Below are positions 19,947 through 28,867 of a stretch of DNA of 64,000 nucleotides, piece by piece. The notes beneath the pieces are model-generated. The model had not been told where the DNA came from. It was given only the letters and a program-made list of their open reading frames with translations, and searched no databases. The translations under genes and the position numbers were made by a program. The DNA is from Verrucomicrobiales bacterium. GTDB lineage: Bacteria > Verrucomicrobiota > Verrucomicrobiia > Limisphaerales > JAYPXF01. Within the stretch, counting starts at the first letter, position 1; each line of letters opens with the position of its first letter. The stretch lies in the NCBI GenBank assembly GCA_002715965.1, contig PBAL01000085.1, forward strand, positions 905 through 64,904, read 5' to 3'.

Positions 19947-22883
19947 TCAGTCCTTCATCAAGAATCCGATCAGATCACGGGCCTGCTCTGAACTCATCGC
20001 CTTGAGCAGTCCGTCCGGCATGATCGACTTGGATGTCTTCGTCGTCTCCTTGATATCGCGTCGGGGAACAATCACCTGCTCGTTCAGGGTTCGAACGGTC
20101 AATGAAGCCTCGTTCTCTCCAGTCACGAAGCCGGAAATGGTCCGCCCATCGTTCAGCTTCAGGATCTGCATCTGATAATCGCGTGCGACGCTGGCACTTG
20201 GATCCACGATGTTTTCCAGAAGATACTCAAGGTTGTTACGCTGTGCGCCGGTCAAATCCGGGCCGACGTGATTACCCTCTCCTTTCAGTTGATGGCAAAC
20301 CGAACAGGCCAACTTGAACAATTCATGCCCCGCCTTCAGGTCTGCGCGCGCAAGTGTCTTTGCCGAGAGCCTGCGTTTGAACGAATCGATCTCCTTGCGT
20401 TTCGCTTCACTGGATTCGTCCAACTTCCCCCAAACCATTTCCAATTGGGAGGTCAGTTGCCTGTCCTTCAAACTCAACACCTGTCGCGCAGTGTAAGAGG
20501 ACAAGTCACGCGGATTAATTGTCCCCGATTCCATTGCCCCGAGCAGTGCGCTCGCCCAGGACTTTCGCGCAGCCAGGGTCTGCAGCACATCCGTCCGCGC
20601 AAGGCTCGCAAGTTCCGGATAACTCTCAATCAATCGCGACGCGGTTGAAGAATGATTGAATGCCGCCAATCCGCGAATCGCCTCACGCTGCACCGCTTCA
20701 TCTTTCATCAGTGCAAACAGCATCAGCGGCACGCCCTTGACCTTCTTCTGCACGAGCGACTGAATCGCCTCGACGCGGGCTCCCTTCTTCGCAGTCGAAT
20801 CAAGCGCGATCTTTCGCAGTTCATCGAGCGCCGTTCGATCATTAAAGATCAACGCCAGACGGGTCGCGGATTGACGCAGTTTCGCGTTGTCGCCTTTTCG
20901 GATCGAGGCATATACGATGGGCCACTTCTCTGGCATCGGCATGGAGCTCCTGCCTTCGAGTCCCTTGAGCACTCCATCGATCATGTCCGATTGCGCGCTG
21001 GAGTCCAACGTGGGCATCACGTTCACGATCGCACGTGTTCCCTTGGCGTCACTCATGGACGACGCTCGTCGCGCGGCATGCCGACGAACGAGAGGAATCT
21101 TGGTCCTGGCCGCCAGATTGGCAAAGCGTCCCAAATTATCGTCGATCAGGGAGTGAATCCCATACCAATACATCAATGGCAGATTGTCGTCCTCGATATC
21201 CTCCGCGCGCTTGCTGAGCATTTCCGCCAATGGCCAACGATTCGCGGGTTTCAAACGCTGCATGGCACTGGCCAGATGCAAACGAACAAATTGCGAGGTC
21301 CCATTCCTGGCAAGATGGCCCATCCGTTGCAGCACGTTCGCGGGTGGATTGCGATCTTCGCAGGCCAGCTTGATTGCCCACGAACGGATGTATTCGCTTT
21401 CGTGCAACATCTGGTTGAACAGGAACGAATCATCCGTCCGATTGATGACCTTCATCGCCCACATGAGTCTCAGCTTGGCAGGAATGTCCTTCTCCACCCG
21501 ATAGGCATAGAGCAGCGACTTGGCCGCGCTGCCCATGTTCATCCCAAACGCGTAACGCTCCTGAAGCAAGCGACGCGCATGACTGACCAGCCAGTCGTTC
21601 TTGTGGAACTGAAGATCGACCAGTTCTGAATTGCTCATGCGAGGCAGGTCGAGCGTGAAGGGTTTCGTCTTGCCGTAAGTGATCTTGTAGAGGCGCCCCG
21701 TGTGCTTGCGCGTATTTCGCGTACTGTGACATTCCCCGGTGTCTGACCAGTCCGAGGCAAACACTCCCCCATCCGGACCGTATCGAACGGTCACACCCAT
21801 GTACCACGGATCCTCAGACATCATGATATCCCGGCTGTGCAGAGCCGTGTAGCCGGAGCCTTTTCGCATCAACAGGTCGTTGTTGATCCGACGGCCATGG
21901 ATGTTGTTCATGAAGACGGTATTGCGATAGCGATCAGGCCAGTTGTCTCCCAGGTAGACCATCGTGCCCGAGTGGGCATGCCCTCCGCCGAGGAGAGATT
22001 CGGCTTCCGTGCCGAGTTGATCGCGAACGTTGTTTCCGCCAATAAAATGCCGATGGTCCGCGATGGTTGGAATTCGTTCGTACGCATAGCGGCTGGACTC
22101 ACGATTACGCCCCGGCTCGTAGTGCGCGCCCTGAATGACGTGGAACAGATGCGGATTCACGCAATTGCAGACGAATCCCTGCCCGTAGTCATCCCAGTCG
22201 ATTCCCCAGGGATTGGTCGTTCCATCTGCATAGGGCTCCCAGATGTGCTTGATCGGATGATATCGCCATACTCCCCCGTCATATTGCTTTCGCTTGTCCT
22301 TCGGCGTGCCCGGTTTGTCAGGCCAGGAATAGTTCGTGCGCCCGTGCGTTCCGTAGAGCCAACCATCGGGCCCCCAGGAGAATCCATTGGCGATGTTGTG
22401 GGAATTCGCGTGCGTCCCAAAACCATCCAGCAACAGAATGGGTTCGCCGTCCGGACGATCGTCGTAATCACCATCCGGGATGAAATAGAAGCAAGGCGGA
22501 CTCATCACCCACGCTCCGCCAAATCCCACTTCGATTCCCGACACGTAATTCAATTTGTCGTAAAAAACCGTCCGCTTGTCGAAGCGCCCGTCGTGATCGG
22601 TGTCCTCGAAGATCAGAATGCGATCGTTGCCGGAGTCTGAATGCTTCGGATAGCTGTAAGCCTCGGCAACCCACAGGCGTCCGCGGTCATCGATGCAGAA
22701 GCCTATCGGCTGTTTCACGTCCGGCTCCCCAGCGAAGAGAGACACCTTGAATCCGGCCGGCACCTTCATTGTGCGTGCCGCCTCATTGGGGGCGAAAGGA
22801 TCCACCGCGGTATGCAGCACGCGCTTCGCTGCGTGTCCGCAGCAGGAGGACAATATCAAGAGGCAGACCAGCAATCGGTTCAT
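19947..22883 (-). CDS. PVC-type heme-binding CxxCH protein: membrane-bound dehydrogenase-like beta-propeller, HEAT repeats, C-terminal cytochrome c
   Basis: Signal peptide. N-terminal GRLWVAEAYSYP...DTDHDGRFDK propeller motifs. Long helical repeat region. C-terminal CSVCHQLKGEGNHVGPDLTG heme-binding site. Confidence 0.8.
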   Translation of the reverse strand: MNRLLVCLLILSSCCGHAAKRVLHTAVDPFAPNEAARTMKVPAGFKVSLFAGEPDVKQPIGFCIDDRGRLWVAEAYSYPKHSDSGNDRILIFEDTDHDGRFDKRTVFYDKLNYVSGIEVGFGGAWVMSPPCFYFIPDGDYDDRPDGEPILLLDGFGTHANSHNIANGFSWGPDGWLYGTHGRTNYSWPDKPGTPKDKRKQYDGGVWRYHPIKHIWEPYADGTTNPWGIDWDDYGQGFVCNCVNPHLFHVIQGAHYEPGRNRESSRYAYERIPTIADHRHFIGGNNVRDQLGTEAESLLGGGHAHSGTMVYLGDNWPDRYRNTVFMNNIHGRRINNDLLMRKGSGYTALHSRDIMMSEDPWYMGVTVRYGPDGGVFASDWSDTGECHSTRNTRKHTGRLYKITYGKTKPFTLDLPRMSNSELVDLQFHKNDWLVSHARRLLQERYAFGMNMGSAAKSLLYAYRVEKDIPAKLRLMWAMKVINRTDDSFLFNQMLHESEYIRSWAIKLACEDRNPPANVLQRMGHLARNGTSQFVRLHLASAMQRLKPANRWPLAEMLSKRAEDIEDDNLPLMYWYGIHSLIDDNLGRFANLAARTKIPLVRRHAARRASSMSDAKGTRAIVNVMPTLDSSAQSDMIDGVLKGLEGRSSMPMPEKWPIVYASIRKGDNAKLRQSATRLALIFNDRTALDELRKIALDSTAKKGARVEAIQSLVQKKVKGVPLMLFALMKDEAVQREAIRGLAAFNHSSTASRLIESYPELASLARTDVLQTLAARKSWASALLGAMESGTINPRDLSSYTARQVLSLKDRQLTSQLEMVWGKLDESSEAKRKEIDSFKRRLSAKTLARADLKAGHELFKLACSVCHQLKGEGNHVGPDLTGAQRNNLEYLLENIVDPSASVARDYQMQILKLNDGRTISGFVTGENEASLTVRTLNEQVIVPRRDIKETTKTSKSIMPDGLLKAMSSEQARDLIGFLMKD

Positions 22884-23002
22884 TAGCTGCGAAATGTACC
22901 CCGCCTTGCTGCTGGCACAATAGCAGGGTTTAAAGGTGTTAAAGGACCAGCCTCTGCGATCTGCTCGCTCACGCTCGCTGCTACAATTCCCAATCTCACC
23001 AC

Positions 23003-23695
23003 CTATTCAGGCATGAGCTTCATCAATAGGAGCAGAGGCCAGCCTTGGTACTTTCGTGCCCGTTCGGATCGCGCCATCAAACCCTCGTCCACTAGGTGCT
23101 CGCTCAAGTGAACCAGACGTGTGCCGGCGTTCGTCGCAGCCATAACATAATCGGAGACTTGGTTCGGAACACTCTCCGGATACGTCACCGCTCCGGTGTC
23201 CGGATCCGTAAACCGTGCACGTGTGCCGGTGAGCAGGATTGCCGGATGCATGACCGAGATAACGATCTCGCCCTCAGTGCGGCAGACGCGTCGCATTTCG
23301 CGAAAGAGAAGATCCAACTCGGAGATGTGATCCAACACCAAACAGCAGATCACCCGATCGAAGCTGTGATCTTCAAACCCCAAGCGGCCCTGGATGTCCT
23401 GCTGAACGAATCGGATTTCCTCGGCGCCGGACTTCGCTTTCGCCCTGGACAGCATTCCATCGGAGAAATCCACTGCCGTGACGTTCGCACCAGCATCGGA
23501 AAGCCGAATGGAATGTCGTCCCGTTCCACATCCAACATCCAGGAGATTCAGTCCTCGCACATCTCCGATCAGCCCGTCGAGGTAATCCATCTCCAAGGTA
23601 ATCAGTGGATTGTCTTCATCGTCGTATACCTTCGACCAGAGATCGTAGCCCTCCTGGGTTGAAGTCTCGACGATTGGCTTTGCTTGGTCAGGCAT
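23003..23695 (-). CDS. Class I SAM-dependent methyltransferase
   Basis: LLDVGCGTGRHSIRL (motif I) and VICCLVLDHI (motif II/III). Start MPDQAKP (ATG at 23693-23695) lies 5 nt after the upstream stop. The longer ORF-track start would overlap the upstream gene. Confidence 0.85.
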   Translation of the reverse strand: MPDQAKPIVETSTQEGYDLWSKVYDDEDNPLITLEMDYLDGLIGDVRGLNLLDVGCGTGRHSIRLSDAGANVTAVDFSDGMLSRAKAKSGAEEIRFVQQDIQGRLGFEDHSFDRVICCLVLDHISELDLLFREMRRVCRTEGEIVISVMHPAILLTGTRARFTDPDTGAVTYPESVPNQVSDYVMAATNAGTRLVHLSEHLVDEGLMARSERARKYQGWPLLLLMKLMPE

Positions 23696-23700
23696 GCCTC

Positions 23701-25881
23701 TCAGTGGCCGAATCTCAGCGCGAACAGATCTGCGTCCTTTAGTTCGAATTGAAGCCGCACCGGACGTCCGACCAAGGACTTCAACTCGGCGGACCCTTTC
23801 CAACGTATCGGATATTCAATCGCATCACCAACAGCAGCCTCACAATCCTTCATCGAAAAACCCGGAATGACCTTCCCAGCCGCATCCTGAATCTCGCAGC
23901 GAAGGCTACCCGCAGCCGATGTGGCGAAGTTCACAAAGAGTGCCACTTCGAAGGTCTCGTCTTCCATCGGCCCGGTGACGAGTGCCCGCCCATCACCTGG
24001 CAATGAATCTTCAAGTGCCGACGTTTCTTCCATGTTCAGTCGAACACCCATATCCTCGGAGCTAATCACGGACTCATCGCCATCTGCCAAACGCGCGAAC
24101 TGTTCGGCCGTCAGGGCACGCCGAAGGACGAGGATGTCGTCCGCATCTCCGAGGAACGGTTCATTCGCCGTCGAGGTTGGCGGATAGTCTTCGCCGAACA
24201 ACAAATCTCCCAACTTGAATTTCAAATCCCCCATGCCGGCTTGGCCACCGGAGGCGACCTGCTTTCCATCGAAGTAAATCACCACGCGTCCGTCCTCCCA
24301 CGTCGCTGCGACGTGATGAACAACCCCGGGTTCCTTCGCCGAACTCCAATCGCCGATATCCGAAAACTTCGCGCCAATCAGAACACCATTGTAGTTGAAT
24401 CGGATCGAATATCCGTCGGCCTTGCTGATAAAACGGCCCGGGTTGATGTCGAAGTAAAGCTCACCCGGCTTGGTTGTGCTTCCGTTGTAGGTGGAGAACA
24501 GACGCCGATGTCCTGCCGGAACATCCCGCACCCTGACTGCGAGCGTGGCGTGCTTGCCAAGATTCGCCGTTCCACCCAAGCGAAGAATTCCCGCACTCTC
24601 AAAACTCAATGAACCGCCACCACGAATCGAGTTGTTCGTGTCATGACGAATGGGAACCATCCTCCGCCGGTAGGTGGTGCGAGGCGTGCCGGAAGTTGGG
24701 GCCGTGAAGGTGATTGATTTGGTTACCAATTCACCGCCATTCAACGGCGCATGCACCGAGACAAATCCATCCTGGCGCAGGGTGTAACGACGCATCTGAC
24801 AATCATCGCCCTGATAATAACCCTCGACCGAATACCAGGTAAGCGCGTCTGGCGTTCCCGGAACTCCACTCGCCGTTTCCACCATGCCCCAGTTCACAAA
24901 GTTGTTTCGGTTCACCCAGCGTTCGGCCTGTGCACCCGGACGCAGAAAAGCCTCCGACCAGCGATCGAAGGTCTTACCGTCCCGGCTGCTCATCAACACG
25001 ATGTCCGATGCCCCGGGCAGCCGATGCCCCGATGGGTTTCGACGCGGCAGGAAACGTTTCGGAAAAGCCAGGAAGATGTGAGGCGCACGATGGTAAGGCG
25101 TGGTCTGGTTGGTGTAGAGATGCTCATTGCGACCGTCACTGATCTCAATCCAATCCGGCTCTGTCCAGTTCATGAAATCAGAAGAGGTGCAGGTCATGAT
25201 GGCACGGACTCCCTCGTTGAAGCCGCGATGAAAATCCACGTATCGCCCGCGCGCAGTGTCGTAGAAGGCGAGGTTCTGTGAATCAAATGCTCCTTTCGTA
25301 ATGACTGGCTTGTCACGCATCAACTCCCAGCGAATTCCATCGGTGGAGCGGAACGCGTACAAGCCGCCCTTGCCATGACCGATTGCCTTGTACTTTGCCT
25401 CAGATGTGCATTCCGGATTCCGATCTTTGAATGGCACAAAATTGTGCTGCCCAATCCCTTTCCAGATGATGTTGTTTTCTTTCGAACCGCCAAAATCCAC
25501 CAAACCCAAATCGGGCTTGATCCAATTCAGGCCGTCCTTGCTCTCCGCGTAGCAAACCACCTGATGCCCGGATGCTTCTGGGTGACTCGTCCGAAGCCCT
25601 GAGTGCGCCCCCCGGTAATACATCCGATACAGACCCTCATCACGAAATACCGTGTGGTAGTAACAGATGTTTCCCTCCCATGGCGCGTCATGGACAATCG
25701 CGACATCGCGAGCCGTCGGATGATGGAGACGACGCTCTGCGCCATTCAGTTTCTCAATCAGGAAGTCATCCACGAAGAGTTCCCGACGATTGCTCAGCTC
25801 GATCGGTTCGGCAGGGATTCCACCAATTGTGGTGAGCAGGAAAACTGAAAGGATGGATGATCGTGTATGCATCTGCGGCAT
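23701..25881 (-). CDS. Exported glycoside-hydrolase-like five-bladed beta-propeller protein with LamG (concanavalin-like) domain
   Basis: Signal peptide SSILSVFLLTTIGGIPA. The propeller-like N-terminal part (YRMYYRG..., SKDGLNW, STDGIRW, SRDGKTF) resembles the GH43/32-clan or BNR-like fold. The LamG-like segment is VHHVAATWEDGRVVIYFDGKQV. The start is ambiguous (25917, 25881 or 25872). Confidence 0.6.
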   Translation of the reverse strand: MPQMHTRSSILSVFLLTTIGGIPAEPIELSNRRELFVDDFLIEKLNGAERRLHHPTARDVAIVHDAPWEGNICYYHTVFRDEGLYRMYYRGAHSGLRTSHPEASGHQVVCYAESKDGLNWIKPDLGLVDFGGSKENNIIWKGIGQHNFVPFKDRNPECTSEAKYKAIGHGKGGLYAFRSTDGIRWELMRDKPVITKGAFDSQNLAFYDTARGRYVDFHRGFNEGVRAIMTCTSSDFMNWTEPDWIEISDGRNEHLYTNQTTPYHRAPHIFLAFPKRFLPRRNPSGHRLPGASDIVLMSSRDGKTFDRWSEAFLRPGAQAERWVNRNNFVNWGMVETASGVPGTPDALTWYSVEGYYQGDDCQMRRYTLRQDGFVSVHAPLNGGELVTKSITFTAPTSGTPRTTYRRRMVPIRHDTNNSIRGGGSLSFESAGILRLGGTANLGKHATLAVRVRDVPAGHRRLFSTYNGSTTKPGELYFDINPGRFISKADGYSIRFNYNGVLIGAKFSDIGDWSSAKEPGVVHHVAATWEDGRVVIYFDGKQVASGGQAGMGDLKFKLGDLLFGEDYPPTSTANEPFLGDADDILVLRRALTAEQFARLADGDESVISSEDMGVRLNMEETSALEDSLPGDGRALVTGPMEDETFEVALFVNFATSAAGSLRCEIQDAAGKVIPGFSMKDCEAAVGDAIEYPIRWKGSAELKSLVGRPVRLQFELKDADLFALRFGH

Positions 25882-25966
25882 TGTGAATTGACGGTGCTTC
25901 GTGGCAAGCAAACGCATTCACGATCCGAGCAAGGGCCGCCGTCATCGACCGCATCCGATCGGCATC

Positions 25967-26097
25967 GGTGGGGCGAAGCTCCTGCCGAGCCGATTGGTCT
26001 TTTGGTGAGCTTAGCGCCGATTGGCATGGCGAACCTTTCCTGAGACTTATCAAGAAACACAATGACACGCCCGGCTCGGCAGGAGCTTCGCCCCACC
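25967..26097. repeat. 131-bp miniature element with perfect 26-bp terminal inverted repeats (MITE/REP-like)
   Basis: GGTGGGGCGAAGCTCCTGCCGAGCCG (25967-25992) is the exact reverse complement of CGGCTCGGCAGGAGCTTCGCCCCACC (26072-26097). The 79-bp core contains GCCGATTGG twice. Confidence 0.8.
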
Positions 26098-26114
26098 AAT
26101 TCAAGATCTCTCAA

Positions 26115-28673
26115 CTACTTCCGCGCCTCCAAGATCAATTTCAACAACTTCCCAAAATCACCGGTGCCCACGCTTCCCTCCCGCTTGAACGTATTAACAC
26201 GGTGAACAATCACCAGATCCCATTGGGGAATAACCAGCAACTTGTGCCCGCGGTAGCCGTGCGCAGCGAAGGAACCGTCCGGCACCTTCACATTGGGATA
26301 GAAATTCCCATCCTTCGCCACCCACCACATGTAGCCGTATCCACCTCCCCTAGAGGTTGTAGAATAGCTGCGAGTACTTTCGATCACCCAGCCCTTGGGA
26401 ATGATTTGCTCGTCCTTCCACACCCCACCTCGCGCAAACAGCAATCCAAAGCGCGCGAGATCTCGAGCACTGAGTTGAAATGGATACGCAGGATGAACGG
26501 AATTGGTACCGGTCACATAGCGCGTGTGTTTCTCCCTGACGAAGTCCTGCATCATGAGCGGCCCCGCCAAACGATCTTCAAATTCTTCAAAGATTCCGTG
26601 TCCGGATTCGTTCTCGAAAATGCTGCACACGGTGTTGAAGTCCCAGTTGTTGTAATACCAAAACGCATTCGGTTCATGGCTGCCGCGCTTTGGTCGCCGT
26701 GCAGCCATGGCCTTGGTTTCGTAAAGCGCCGGGTGATAGACACCGGAACGAGCCTTCAACAGATCACCGACCTTGGCGGTCTTTTCGAGTTCCGTCAGTG
26801 AGGGCTCGTTGTCATCGATGCCCAACTCACCGATTGGAGATGAGGTCCTGATCTTGCCCGATAGCACGTGTGGCCCGTAGAGCGCGCTCAGGATGCTCTT
26901 GCGCATCGAATGGCAGTTAAACGGACGTTTGGATTCGCCCCATTCATCGACGATTCGCCCACCCTGCACGATTATCAGCGCAGACGTGGCAAGCGTTTTG
27001 GAAAACTCCCGCGCCCTTGCCAGCCCCGCTTTGGACCAACCGGCTTTTTCCAACGAATTCCAACGGACCCATTCCTTGCCCGGAAATTGATTCGAGCCAC
27101 TGTGGGAAGACTTGCGAAGGACGTCACCTACACGCCGGTCCTTGAACTCTCCTCCAAGTATTGCTGCGACACCGTTTACAAAGACGTGATGAATCCCGAC
27201 CGGATACTGATGCGGATCAGAGAATGTGGCCTTATCGATGATGGTTTCCGGGTCGAACACAACCAGATCTGCAAAGTTCCCGGCCTTGATGCTGCCGCGG
27301 TCCATCAATCCCAAGCGCGCGGCCGATAGTGAAGTCATCTTGCGAATGGCCTCCTCCAGCTTCATCACTTTTTTCTCCCGAACATAGTGACCTAGTATCC
27401 GTGGAAACGATCCATACCAGCGCGGATGAGGATGCCCACTGCCCGGCTCGGTCAGACGTCCATCCGACCCGACCATGGTCAAGGGATGCGCCATGATGCG
27501 CTCCACGTCTTCGTCGCTCAGCACATGATAGATGCACGAAGCACCACCATTCTGAATCGCCTCAATCACCAGTTCGGCACCATTGGCAGAATCGGGTTTA
27601 ACCCCTTTCATCATCGCCCAATCGTAAAGCGTCTTGCCTTCCAGTTCCTTGTTCCACTTCACGAGACCGAACTGAACTCGACGCAAATCGCCACCCCCGC
27701 GATCGTTGTCCAAATTGAAGATGATCTCCTTAACGATCTTCGCCCGAAGCTCCTGATCCTTAAGCCGCGCCTTGAACTTCGAGATCCCTCCCGCGCGAGC
27801 CCAGGCCGGAACCAGAACGGTGATCCCGGTGTAGGTCGCCGTGTACGGATACTGATCCATCATCACATCCACGCCCTCCTTGCGGGCAGCTTCAACCATT
27901 GCCAAAGTCCGTGTGCTCTTGCCCCACATGGGTCCGCCAATGACTTTGTGATGCGTAAGGACAATCGGAATCTTCGCCTTCTTTCCGATCTCAATTGCCT
28001 CATCGACCGATTCGATCAATCCCAGACCTTCCTCACGAAGATGCGACGTATAGAAGCCGCCTCGCCTCGCCGCGACCCGCGACAGTTCAATCACTTCATC
28101 CGTCTTCGCAAACGAACCGGGGAGGTACTTCAGTCCGGTGGAGAACCCCCAGGCGCCATCATCCATTGCCTGAGCGACGTTGGCTTTCATCTGCTCAAGC
28201 TCCTCCTCAGTCGGCGCACGATCCTCCAGGGCCATGACACCGCGACGAACGCTGTTATGCCCCACCAGCATCGCGACGTTCAGGCCAACACCCATTCGCT
28301 CCAGCTTGTCCAGGTATGGAGCGAGCGGCCACGGCGAGCTGCCATCCGGACCGCCTACAGCTGTCGTCACACCCTGACTGACCATGCTGCGTGCCCCGGG
28401 CAATCGATCAATCGGATCGATGTGCGCGTGCATGTCGACGAACCCCGGCGCAACAACCAAGCCAGAGGCATCCAGGTCAAGGTCTCCTTTTGGCAGAGAC
28501 TGGCGTGAAACGGCTTCGATTCGTTTTCCACGAATCCCCACATCAGCACGAAATCCCTTCGCACCGGAACCATCGATTAGCGTGCCATTGCGAAGGACGA
28601 CATCGAATTGCTGCGCTTCGGCGAAACAGAGTGTGGCGAGGGGAAGAGTAAGTGTGAGAACGTACCGGTGCAT
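26115..28673 (-). CDS. Fusion protein: N-acyl-D-amino-acid deacylase (amidohydrolase) N-terminal domain plus beta-lactamase-fold serine hydrolase C-terminal domain
   Basis: Signal peptide. D-aminoacylase motifs: DVVLRNGTLIDGSG and GFVDMHAHID. C-terminal about 310 aa carry SxxK (SMRK), YxN (YNN) and HGYRGH (KTG-box position). Confidence 0.8.
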   Translation of the reverse strand: MHRYVLTLTLPLATLCFAEAQQFDVVLRNGTLIDGSGAKGFRADVGIRGKRIEAVSRQSLPKGDLDLDASGLVVAPGFVDMHAHIDPIDRLPGARSMVSQGVTTAVGGPDGSSPWPLAPYLDKLERMGVGLNVAMLVGHNSVRRGVMALEDRAPTEEELEQMKANVAQAMDDGAWGFSTGLKYLPGSFAKTDEVIELSRVAARRGGFYTSHLREEGLGLIESVDEAIEIGKKAKIPIVLTHHKVIGGPMWGKSTRTLAMVEAARKEGVDVMMDQYPYTATYTGITVLVPAWARAGGISKFKARLKDQELRAKIVKEIIFNLDNDRGGGDLRRVQFGLVKWNKELEGKTLYDWAMMKGVKPDSANGAELVIEAIQNGGASCIYHVLSDEDVERIMAHPLTMVGSDGRLTEPGSGHPHPRWYGSFPRILGHYVREKKVMKLEEAIRKMTSLSAARLGLMDRGSIKAGNFADLVVFDPETIIDKATFSDPHQYPVGIHHVFVNGVAAILGGEFKDRRVGDVLRKSSHSGSNQFPGKEWVRWNSLEKAGWSKAGLARAREFSKTLATSALIIVQGGRIVDEWGESKRPFNCHSMRKSILSALYGPHVLSGKIRTSSPIGELGIDDNEPSLTELEKTAKVGDLLKARSGVYHPALYETKAMAARRPKRGSHEPNAFWYYNNWDFNTVCSIFENESGHGIFEEFEDRLAGPLMMQDFVREKHTRYVTGTNSVHPAYPFQLSARDLARFGLLFARGGVWKDEQIIPKGWVIESTRSYSTTSRGGGYGYMWWVAKDGNFYPNVKVPDGSFAAHGYRGHKLLVIPQWDLVIVHRVNTFKREGSVGTGDFGKLLKLILEARK

Positions 28674-28735
28674 GCTTCAGATGTTATCCAATGCCCGAAC
28701 CGAATTGGCAACTTCTGAACTCCAGCCCCGAACCT

Positions 28736-28848
28736 CGTTCCCAAGCTCCAGCTTGGGAACGCATAACCCAGAAGCTCTGCTTCTGCGAACGTCAATACGC
28801 GTTTGATCAGGCCATACGGCAAGAGACGGTTGCGAAGCAGAGCTTGGG
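28736..28848. repeat. Palindromic intergenic repeat cluster (CGTTCCCAAGCT..AGCTTGGGAACG type)
   Basis: 12-bp perfect palindrome arms at 28736-28747 and 28750-28761. An imperfect inverted repeat pairs CCCAGAAGCTCTGCTTCTGCGAAC (28767-28790) with GTTGCGAAGCAGAGCTTGGG (28829-28848). Confidence 0.7.
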
Positions 28849-28867
28849 ACGGAGGGGAGATTGAACG

